DNA from: a virus
Lineage: Duplodnaviria; Caudoviricetes
Strand: one strand, 5' to 3'
Length of the DNA: 37,355 nucleotides
IMG/VR virus record: IMGVR_UViG_3300037991_004413
Span: 1 to 37,355 of that record
The notes beneath the pieces are model-generated. The model was not told the DNA's origin and did not search any database. It was given only the letters and a program-made list of their open reading frames with translations. The translations under genes were made by a program, and so were the position numbers. How positions within the stretch are numbered: position 1 is the first letter of the stretch; every line of letters starts with the position of its first letter. Shown here piece after piece: positions 15,891 to 24,036 of this stretch.

Positions 15891-17937
15891 AACTAAAATT
15901 TTTCACTGGACTAATACATTCAAAACTTTGGGTGAAACCGAAGATGGTGGCGTTGATATTAAAGGTTCTGCGAGTACAAATGCACTAGACAGAGCTGGTG
16001 ATATAATCGAAGCAGGAGCTTGGACAAAAGGTGGATTGGATAACTTTAGTAGTAATCCAATAATACTTTTTAACCATGATTATAATAGACCAATAGGTAA
16101 AGCCACAGGTTTAGATGTTACAAACGACGGTCTTGAAATATCCGCAAGGATATCTAAAGCAGCCGGAGATGTAAAAGAATTAGTGAAGGACGGTGTTCTT
16201 GGAGCCTTTTCCGTTGGTTTCAGAGTCAAGGACGCTGATTATATGTCAGAAACTGACGGATATAAAATCAAGGACGCAGAGTTATTCGAAGTGTCCGTCG
16301 TATCTGTTCCCTGCAATCAAGGGGCTACTTTTTCAGTAGCAAAATCTTTTGATAGTATGGAAGACTACGATAAATTCAAAAAGCAATTTATAAAGGCTAA
16401 CTCAGAAGAAACAGCAGACGCTGTGAAAGTTGAGCAGCCAAGCGGGGAGAAATCCCAAAAAATGGAGACTGATATGTCAGAAGAAATGAAGACTCCTGAA
16501 AGCAACTTCGACTTAGAGAAGCAAGCTAATGAATTAGCTGAAAAAGCTATTGCTAAGTTTGCAATGCAACAAGCCGAAGAAAAAGCAGCAAAAGAAGCAG
16601 CAGAAGCTGAAGCCGCTGAGAAAGCAGCTAAAGTCGAAGCTGAAGAAAAGGCTGCTCAAGAAGCTAAGCAGGAAGAACAGAAAACTATTGTTCAAGCAGG
16701 ATTATCAGGCGCTGAAAGACTCATGGAAGATGTTGAGAAAAGAGTTCTCGATAAGCATGAAGACTTAAAAGAAGTTGTAGACTCATTAGAGAAGCAACTT
16801 GCTGAAAAGTCAGAAGAAATCATGAATATCAGAGAATCAAAAAGAATTTTCTCAGATAGAACAGGTCAAGGCGACTGGAAGAAAGCTTTTGAGCAAGACA
16901 TTGTTGACGCAAAATTTGCTGGTTTAGCGACTGGTAAAGGTTGGGACAACGACTACGCAAAATCAGTAATGCAAAAGGTAAATCAACACTCAGGTATTGA
17001 TGTATCCTCAGCAGACTTTGAGCAAATCGTTTCAACAAATGTCGAAAGAGACATTCAGAATGAATTGGTATTAGCACCTCTATTTAGAGAAATTCCAATG
17101 ACTTCTGCAAACATGATTATACCAATCCTACCAGATGCCGGTTACGCTGAGTTTACAGGTAACGCACAGGCTTCAGGTTCAGCCCCTCATGGTAACTTAG
17201 ACCCAAGAGGTGACGCATATGATCCTGCAAATGGTGCTGGTATTGTTATGACTGAAAGAACTCTTTCAACCAAAAAATTAATATCTCAATCATACTTAGG
17301 TAATGAGACAGAAGAAGATGCAATTATGCCAATACTTCCTTTAATTAGAGAGTCAATGGTAAGATCTCACGCAAGAGCTATGGAAAATGCTATCCTAGCT
17401 GGTGACGATGCTGATGGTGCTTTTGGTACTTCAGGTGCAGCTTTTGAAGGTTTATTACACCTAGCAAGAAACGACTCAGACTTTACACAGTCCTCAACTG
17501 CATTTGCAAGTGATACTGTTACAGCAGCTGAGTTACTCGGGTTGAGAAAGAACATGGGTAAATATGGTGTAAACCCAAGTGAAGTAGTTTATATTGTTTC
17601 ACAAACAGTTTACTTCCAGTTACTAGAAGATGCAGAGTTCCAAGATGCTAACCTAGTTGGTGACTTGGCAACCAAAATCAATGGTGAAATTGGTCAAGTG
17701 TATGGCTCAAGAGTCCTACTCTGTGATGAATTTGCAGCACCAGCAACTTCTAAGTTCGCAGCAATCGCTGTTAACCCAAGAAACTTTGTAATGCCAAGAT
17801 TAAGAGGCGTTACAGTTGAGTCAGACTACGAAGTAGCAAACCAAAGAAGAGTCCTAGTGGCTTCACAAAGAATCGGATTTACCGATCTTATCGATGGTGC
17901 AACTTCTAAGTGGGCATACATGTATAAAGCTAGCTAA
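15880..17937 (+). CDS. Prohead protease - scaffold - HK97-fold major capsid protein (single ORF)
   Basis: Protease motifs G.AST..DRAGD, ILFNHD, FSVGF, ELFEVSVVSVP; E/A/K-rich coiled coil; capsid domain ending RVLVASQRIGF. Confidence 0.93.
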   Translation: MSNKTKIFHWTNTFKTLGETEDGGVDIKGSASTNALDRAGDIIEAGAWTKGGLDNFSSNPIILFNHDYNRPIGKATGLDVTNDGLEISARISKAAGDVKELVKDGVLGAFSVGFRVKDADYMSETDGYKIKDAELFEVSVVSVPCNQGATFSVAKSFDSMEDYDKFKKQFIKANSEETADAVKVEQPSGEKSQKMETDMSEEMKTPESNFDLEKQANELAEKAIAKFAMQQAEEKAAKEAAEAEAAEKAAKVEAEEKAAQEAKQEEQKTIVQAGLSGAERLMEDVEKRVLDKHEDLKEVVDSLEKQLAEKSEEIMNIRESKRIFSDRTGQGDWKKAFEQDIVDAKFAGLATGKGWDNDYAKSVMQKVNQHSGIDVSSADFEQIVSTNVERDIQNELVLAPLFREIPMTSANMIIPILPDAGYAEFTGNAQASGSAPHGNLDPRGDAYDPANGAGIVMTERTLSTKKLISQSYLGNETEEDAIMPILPLIRESMVRSHARAMENAILAGDDADGAFGTSGAAFEGLLHLARNDSDFTQSSTAFASDTVTAAELLGLRKNMGKYGVNPSEVVYIVSQTVYFQLLEDAEFQDANLVGDLATKINGEIGQVYGSRVLLCDEFAAPATSKFAAIAVNPRNFVMPRLRGVTVESDYEVANQRRVLVASQRIGFTDLIDGATSKWAYMYKAS

Positions 17938-17950
17938 TAGCTAATACTAT

Positions 17951-17977
17951 TGGAGGGGAGCAATCCCCTCCACTTTT
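17951..17977 (+). terminator. Intrinsic terminator after capsid gene
   Basis: TGGAGGGGA-GCAA-TCCCCTCCA then CTTTT; the short T tract suggests partial read-through. Confidence 0.8.
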
Positions 17978-17987
17978 ACGGAGAATT

Positions 17988-18599
17988 ATGGCAAACTTAG
18001 TAACATTACAAGAATACAAAGACTTCGCGGGGATTACGGGAGTAAATCAAGACGCGAAGATAAATGTTATTATACCTGCAATAAGTCAAGCTGTAAAAAC
18101 ATACTGTGGAACTTCATTCGTGGACTTTTACAGTAGCAATAAAACTGAGTTTTTTGATATCACTGATGATGGAACAACAGCAGTAATGACTGATGAGAGT
18201 CCATTAGTAAGTGTAAGTTCAGTACAAGAAAGAGAATCTCAAGCAGATGATTATGTTACTCTAATCACAGAAAATTCTGATAATAGTGGTAAATATGAAT
18301 ATGTTATAGATACTGACCTTGACATGATAAGAAGAACTACTGATAGTAAAGACAAAGCATTTCCGAAAGGAAGAAAAGCAGTAAAAGTTGTATACAGAGC
18401 AGGCTACTCGTCTACTCCAGAAGATTTAAAACTTGCTTGTTTTGACTTAATTAAATACTATTTAAAAGATGAAAGAAAAGACAGACTTAGTATAGCAGGA
18501 GCTCAGATACAGAACCCTGTATCAACTAGCTTAAAGGATAATATAGATTTCCCAGACCATATAAAGAGGATTCTAGATTTTCATAAGGTTTATAAATGA
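17988..18599 (+). CDS. Head completion / head-tail connector (T5 p144-like)
   Basis: LVTLQEYK, VKTYCG, VKVVYRAGY..PEDLKLA, FPDHIKRILD; position. Confidence 0.85.
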   Translation: MANLVTLQEYKDFAGITGVNQDAKINVIIPAISQAVKTYCGTSFVDFYSSNKTEFFDITDDGTTAVMTDESPLVSVSSVQERESQADDYVTLITENSDNSGKYEYVIDTDLDMIRRTTDSKDKAFPKGRKAVKVVYRAGYSSTPEDLKLACFDLIKYYLKDERKDRLSIAGAQIQNPVSTSLKDNIDFPDHIKRILDFHKVYK

Positions 18600-20125
18600 G
18601 CAAGAAAAGATTAACTATACAAAAGAAAGATGCAGGAATTCAAGCTTACTCAGAAAAGCATTTAAAAAACTATTTACAAGCACATCAATATGAAATGATT
18701 ACTAGAAAAATAAGTGGTGAGATTGAAAAAAATACTCAAAGTAGATTAAGAGTAGTAAAAGAGTTAATGAACGATGCTAATGAAGAAGCAGAGGGATTTA
18801 AGGCTGTTGCTAATTTTCTTGATGATGTAGATAAAGGTGTTTATGGTACTACAAGTACTTCAGGCAAAAAGAGTGATGTAAGAAGCACAGCATCAGTAAG
18901 AGATGCTTTTAATCGAGTGAAAAGAGATATTACAGGCTTAACCTCTTCAAATGATGATAGATCGTTAAGTCATGTAGGAATATCAAACTTATCTATACAC
19001 CTATATGCTTTTTATGTTGAATTGAGAGCGTTTGGAACCAACTTTAATTGGAAGGCTCAAACTACTACTCAAAGAGGAGGAGGACCTTCTGGATTTATAG
19101 ATGAAGTTCCTATGATAGACGAATATGATGAGGTTAGGGGGATTGAGTCTAAGCCAGTTCTTACAAAAGTAAGAACATATAATCAAACTCAGTTTACCGC
19201 GTTTACTGAAAGGATTAGACAATTATATTTTATGGCAAAAGCCGTAGCTGAAATGCCTATATCTAAATTTACAGGAGATAAGGTTGCAGATATGCAAACA
19301 GCATTAACCGATTATTTTGCTAAGGGTAATGATAAAATCTTAGCAGACAAAAAACAAGTTGTAGATGTAGCAACTGGAAAAGCAGAGTTAGAGCTTATTT
19401 TTGAAGAACAAGACTTACGAAGTGAAGTAGAAAATTTAATTGGTACATCAAAAGCTAAAGAATTACTGGGAAGGAAGAAAGTAGCAGACATAGAATTTAT
19501 TAGAAAACATTTTGCAAATGATTTTTCACAAATAGTAGGCTCTCCTAGTATAAAAGAAGATGTTATAAAAGGACTAAGCGAACAATTAGTAACAGGTAAG
19601 AAACCTAAAACAAGAAAACATAGTAGTAAATATACTAATACAAAGAAAAGGAAAAAACCGGCAGCAGCCCAAAGAGTTGAAAAAAATATTAAAGATACTC
19701 TAAAAGCAGCAGCTGTAGCGGGAGCAGCTTTTAAAGGAATAAGAGATGTAGGAAAAAGCAAGGCACCGGGTCAAAAACCACAAAGAAAAGCAGATGGTGA
19801 AGCCTTAACTCCAAAACAATTAGGATACTTAAGAAGAAAGATAAATACAAGACTACCACAACAAGTAGCAGAAAATATGGGAAGACCTGCATTGATTTTT
19901 CAAACAGGTAGATTTGCAAATAGTACTAGACTAGTAGATTTAAAACAAGGAGACAAAAACTTAGTAGGTAAATATACTTATATGTTAAATCCTTATGAAA
20001 CTTTTGAAAACACAGGAAGATATAGATGGCCAACTGGATATAATCCTAAACCTCTTATAGCACAAAGTATAAGAGAATTAGCAGAACAATATACGAATAA
20101 AAAATTTACACTTAGGAGACAGTAA
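18596..20125 (+). CDS. Tail completion protein (T5 p143-like), extended
   Basis: C-terminal QTGRFANS...YTYMLNPYETFE...NPKPLIAQSIRELA; position. Confidence 0.7.
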   Translation: MSKKRLTIQKKDAGIQAYSEKHLKNYLQAHQYEMITRKISGEIEKNTQSRLRVVKELMNDANEEAEGFKAVANFLDDVDKGVYGTTSTSGKKSDVRSTASVRDAFNRVKRDITGLTSSNDDRSLSHVGISNLSIHLYAFYVELRAFGTNFNWKAQTTTQRGGGPSGFIDEVPMIDEYDEVRGIESKPVLTKVRTYNQTQFTAFTERIRQLYFMAKAVAEMPISKFTGDKVADMQTALTDYFAKGNDKILADKKQVVDVATGKAELELIFEEQDLRSEVENLIGTSKAKELLGRKKVADIEFIRKHFANDFSQIVGSPSIKEDVIKGLSEQLVTGKKPKTRKHSSKYTNTKKRKKPAAAQRVEKNIKDTLKAAAVAGAAFKGIRDVGKSKAPGQKPQRKADGEALTPKQLGYLRRKINTRLPQQVAENMGRPALIFQTGRFANSTRLVDLKQGDKNLVGKYTYMLNPYETFENTGRYRWPTGYNPKPLIAQSIRELAEQYTNKKFTLRRQ

Positions 20126-20580
20126 TGCCAGACAGTCAGTATAGAACAAAACGAAAAAAGATTGCAGTAGCAATGGCAGAACAATTAAAAAAGATTGATG
20201 GCAACTATCCATACAATTCAAATGTATTTGATAACGTGGATAGTCATTTAAAATTTTTAGATGAAATCGACCAATATCCGAAAATTTGTGTAGTTGCAGG
20301 AGATGAAACTAGACAATATTTGCCCGATAATTATAAATGGCGATTTTTAACTTTAACAATTAGAGCATATGTTCATACAGAGGACGATGCTCAAGAAGAA
20401 TTAGCATTATTAATCGAAGATATCGAAAGAGTTATTGACGATAATGATGTTTTGGTGTATGACAGCTCTGTTTCTCCAAACGAGCAGACCACATCTTTAA
20501 CGATTGAGTCAATCGGTACTGATGAAGGAGTAATCGCTCCCTTAGGTATAGGAGAAGTAGTAGTTGATGTACGATACTAG
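20125..20580 (+). CDS. Tail terminator (T5 p142-like)
   Basis: FLDEIDQYP.ICVV.GDETRQY, LLIEDIE.VID, I.TDEGVIAPLGIGEV. Confidence 0.85.
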   Translation: MPDSQYRTKRKKIAVAMAEQLKKIDGNYPYNSNVFDNVDSHLKFLDEIDQYPKICVVAGDETRQYLPDNYKWRFLTLTIRAYVHTEDDAQEELALLIEDIERVIDDNDVLVYDSSVSPNEQTTSLTIESIGTDEGVIAPLGIGEVVVDVRY

Positions 20581-20642
20581 GAAACGATAACGCTCATTAA
20601 AATGACGCGGAATCCTTTCCAAAGCAATAATAGGAGAAAGCA

Positions 20643-22289
20643 ATGGCTTTAAATCTATCGAGAAATACCAAAGTATTTGTTAGTTCAGTGAATGGAGTAA
20701 CAGCCTCAGCAGCCTCAAGTGAAGGTGGAATAGCTGGTACTAAAGACCATGGTGGAAGTGCTTCTGGTACTTATGCAGTAGGTGATATACTTACTATGCA
20801 GAAGTCTGGAGAAGCGGCAACCGTATGTAAATTAGTAGTTTTAGCAGTTTCAAGTTCTTTACCAAGTAAACTTGGAATTCCAAATAACTTTAGAGGTAAA
20901 AACTTTGCGGCAAATGATGCCTTAGTTCAAACAGCTACTACAGGTAGTGGAACAGGTTTCACATGTAAAGTTGCTGCAGTTTCTGACCAACTTAATACCG
21001 CAGAAGGTGGAAGAGTAGGAACAGGATTGTTTAAAGGTAACGAAGACGACCCAAATACTTTTAAAATTGGTGTACTAGATGGTTATAGTTTTTCTCAAGC
21101 TAGTGAAAGTTCAGACATTACTGTTAGTGAAGCGGGTACAAGCCCTAACAGAAGTATGAAAAGATTCAACGACTCATTGGCACCTGCAGAATGGTCATTC
21201 TCAACATATGTGAGACCATTTAAGCACGGTACTAACAGTTTCAGAACATCTGGAACTCATGATTTAGTTGAAAACATACTTTGGGCAGGTATTGCAGGAG
21301 CTAGCATTACAGGAGACAACCCAGCAGGAACAGCAAGTGACCCAGCGGTTACTTGTGATTCAACTGATGCAGATGTCTCATTTGAAAGATCTGACCATCA
21401 CGAGTTATTAAAACTAAACATTTTCTTTGCACTAGAAAATACAACTTATAGACTAAATGATTGTCAAGTTAACCAAGTAGAAATTGACTTTGCGATTGAT
21501 GGAATTGCAACATTAAACTGGTCTGGTAATGCAACAAGTATTGACCAGGTTACAACAGTAATTGAAGACCCATCAAAGATACTAACTTGCGATTCTGGTT
21601 CTGATGTAGATGGCACAAATACACCTACAAACTCAGAAGATGCAGAAGGTACTTATGCAGAAAAGCACAACTATATTGATGTTGGTGCTCCTGACGATGC
21701 TGACTATTTAAGAAATAAACTTTCTTCACTAACTTTAGCAGTTGACGCTGCACAAGGTGGTGGTAAATCAGCAGGTGGATTGGATGCAAAAACTTATTCA
21801 ATTAATATAACTGGTGGAAGTATTACTATTACTAATAATATTACTTACTTGACACCTGAAACACTTGGTCTTGTTGATAAACCAATCGGATCATTTAGTG
21901 GTTCTAGACAAATGACAGGTTCTTTAACTTGTTATCTAGACACAAAATCAAACGGTTCTAACCAATTGTTATCAGACTTAGCCGCTGCGACATCATTGGT
22001 TAAACCAGAGTTCAACATGAGCTTATTTATGGGTAATGCTTCTGGCACAGTCCCACAAGTAGAGTTCGATATACCACTAGCTATGTTATCAATTCCAACA
22101 ATTGAAACAGCTGATGTTATATCAACAACAATTGAATTCGCGGCCTTAGGTACCGGACTAGATTCTGGTGGTACTTCAGGTAATGATATGACTGTTAAGT
22201 ACAAAGGTTCAACAACCTTTAGTCAGACAGGTTATGCTGCTTCAAATTCCGTAGCATGTAATGCTGACGGTACACAAGATACTGCATAA
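20643..22289 (+). CDS. Major tail tube protein (T5 pb6-like)
   Basis: MALNLSRNTKVFVS; DITVSEAG..P.R..KRFNDSL.PAEWSFSTY; TNNITYLTPETLG; TAGGAGA RBS. Confidence 0.92.
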   Translation: MALNLSRNTKVFVSSVNGVTASAASSEGGIAGTKDHGGSASGTYAVGDILTMQKSGEAATVCKLVVLAVSSSLPSKLGIPNNFRGKNFAANDALVQTATTGSGTGFTCKVAAVSDQLNTAEGGRVGTGLFKGNEDDPNTFKIGVLDGYSFSQASESSDITVSEAGTSPNRSMKRFNDSLAPAEWSFSTYVRPFKHGTNSFRTSGTHDLVENILWAGIAGASITGDNPAGTASDPAVTCDSTDADVSFERSDHHELLKLNIFFALENTTYRLNDCQVNQVEIDFAIDGIATLNWSGNATSIDQVTTVIEDPSKILTCDSGSDVDGTNTPTNSEDAEGTYAEKHNYIDVGAPDDADYLRNKLSSLTLAVDAAQGGGKSAGGLDAKTYSINITGGSITITNNITYLTPETLGLVDKPIGSFSGSRQMTGSLTCYLDTKSNGSNQLLSDLAAATSLVKPEFNMSLFMGNASGTVPQVEFDIPLAMLSIPTIETADVISTTIEFAALGTGLDSGGTSGNDMTVKYKGSTTFSQTGYAASNSVACNADGTQDTA

Positions 22290-22294
22290 TAATC

Positions 22295-23224
22295 ATGTCA
22301 GGATTTAACTTTCTTAAAGAAAGCCAAGTCCATGTAGTTCATGGGGGTAATCGATACAATGTAAAGGTTACTCCCGAACTATCGTTCACTCAAACATTTG
22401 CGGAAGATGCATACGAAGTTAAGACTTTGCACGATCAAACAAAGATGTTTAAGGGAACAAGTATAACTAAAGCTAACCCTGCCAACTTTAGTTTTGAGAC
22501 TCATCTTACAGCAGAAAAAGACGAGTCTATCGTGTTAGATCTTTTAACTGACTATGACACATCATCAGGAGAACAATTATTAAAATCTTTTGATATGTAT
22601 GTAGTCACTAATGAAAGCACATTCAAATTAGAAGGGTGTGTCATAACTCAAGGAGAGTTTAAATTTGAAAGAGGAAGCCATTTACGATTAGCAGTAAGTG
22701 GTTCAGCGAAAAAACTAGAAAGGGTTGGAAATGAAAGTTATTCACTTCCTGGTAGTTTGCAATCTGCATCTACCACAAGAACTCCCACAGTACCTATACT
22801 TCGTGTAGATATTGGTGGTAATGAACAGCCAAATGTTGCAGCTGCTACTATTAGTGTACAGAACAACATAAACTGGACTCCATATGAAACATTACAAAAT
22901 AGCCTTAATGTAAATAATGTTGTGGCAAATGTAATGTATCCCTCTAGTTATAGTTTAAATGATAGAGTTGTAAGCGGAAATGTCACTCAATTTATGACTG
23001 ACTCAACCTTAACAGGCGGAGCTAGAGCAACTCAATTCCAAACTTTCAATGAAAGCACTTCAGTTAGAATAAGAACTTTGCACAATGGTTCTTTTTTCTT
23101 TGACGCAAACATGACAGGTTGCATGTTTACAAAGCGCCCAGGAGTTGCAGATGTGTTTTCGCAGACTCTTGATTATAGAATAGTCACTAGTCCTGCAGAT
23201 TTAGGAACATTAATAACATATTAA
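22295..23224 (+). CDS. Minor tail / baseplate tube protein (T5 p140-like)
   Basis: SFTQTF...KTLH...I..ANPANFSF; position after the tube gene. Confidence 0.8.
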   Translation: MSGFNFLKESQVHVVHGGNRYNVKVTPELSFTQTFAEDAYEVKTLHDQTKMFKGTSITKANPANFSFETHLTAEKDESIVLDLLTDYDTSSGEQLLKSFDMYVVTNESTFKLEGCVITQGEFKFERGSHLRLAVSGSAKKLERVGNESYSLPGSLQSASTTRTPTVPILRVDIGGNEQPNVAAATISVQNNINWTPYETLQNSLNVNNVVANVMYPSSYSLNDRVVSGNVTQFMTDSTLTGGARATQFQTFNESTSVRIRTLHNGSFFFDANMTGCMFTKRPGVADVFSQTLDYRIVTSPADLGTLITY

Positions 23225-23240
23225 CAGAGGAATAAAAATT

Positions 23241-23690
23241 ATGGAATTGAAATCATTACTAGTCGATAGTAAAACTGCTTGGGTAGAATTCCCAGGCCTC
23301 GAAGATTTTGAAGTAGAGTTAGCAAATCTTTCTAGAAAAGAGTTAATAAATTTAAGAAAGAGATGTACTACTAATAAATTTGATAGAAAAACAAGAATGT
23401 TTAATGAAGAATTAGACGAAAGTAAATTTGTAGTAGAATTTAGTAAAGCAACAGTATGTGGTTGGAAAGGTTTAAAATTAGGATACCTAGAAGATCTTAT
23501 ACTAGTTGATTTAAAAGGTAAAAATAAAGATGATTTATTACCTTATTCTGAAGAAAATGCAAAATTACTTGTCGAAAACTCACAAGAGTTTGACAACTGG
23601 CTCAACGAGGTAGTCTTTGACTTAGACAACTTTCGTTCAAAAGAACCGGAAAAAAGTCCTAAAACAGCTAGACCTGTATCTCAAGAATGA
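23241..23690 (+). CDS. Tail assembly chaperone (T5 p139-like)
   Basis: WVEFPG, LSRKE, GWKGL, YSEENA..L..NS..FD.W..EVV.DLDNFR. Confidence 0.85.
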   Translation: MELKSLLVDSKTAWVEFPGLEDFEVELANLSRKELINLRKRCTTNKFDRKTRMFNEELDESKFVVEFSKATVCGWKGLKLGYLEDLILVDLKGKNKDDLLPYSEENAKLLVENSQEFDNWLNEVVFDLDNFRSKEPEKSPKTARPVSQE

Positions 23691-23700
23691 TGCAGTAGGC

Positions 23701-24036
23701 ATGACCAAGGACCAATACTTGGACATGTGTGAACAAATGGGTGAAGAACCCGATTGGAAAAAATGTCCTCCAGCATATGAGGACTTTCCACAAATTGTTT
23801 TAGACGCTATTTCTATCTTTCACAGTATGGGAGATAGAATGTATCCAGACATAGGATATATTGGAAAAGATTTTACAAACTGGAAATTTCTACTAGAAAG
23901 ATATGCAATCAAAGAACATTTAATAGATTATGTTTTTGATTTAGTACTATGGTTAGACGGTAGAAAAATCGAAGACTCTCAGAAAAGATTGAAAGCTGAG
24001 TATGATAAGGTAAAGAGAAAAGGTAACATTAGGTAA
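23701..24036 (+). CDS. Tail assembly chaperone extension (T5 p138-like), probably reached by frameshift
   Basis: MTKDQYLDMCEQMGEEPD...CPP..EDFP...YIGKD; this frame is open from 23626. Confidence 0.8.
   Translation: MTKDQYLDMCEQMGEEPDWKKCPPAYEDFPQIVLDAISIFHSMGDRMYPDIGYIGKDFTNWKFLLERYAIKEHLIDYVFDLVLWLDGRKIEDSQKRLKAEYDKVKRKGNIR

Noticed and set aside
13306-16768. Alternate-frame + ORFs 13306..13536 and 16550..16768
   Set aside because: They sit wholly inside terL and the capsid gene and reflect codon bias of the main frame.
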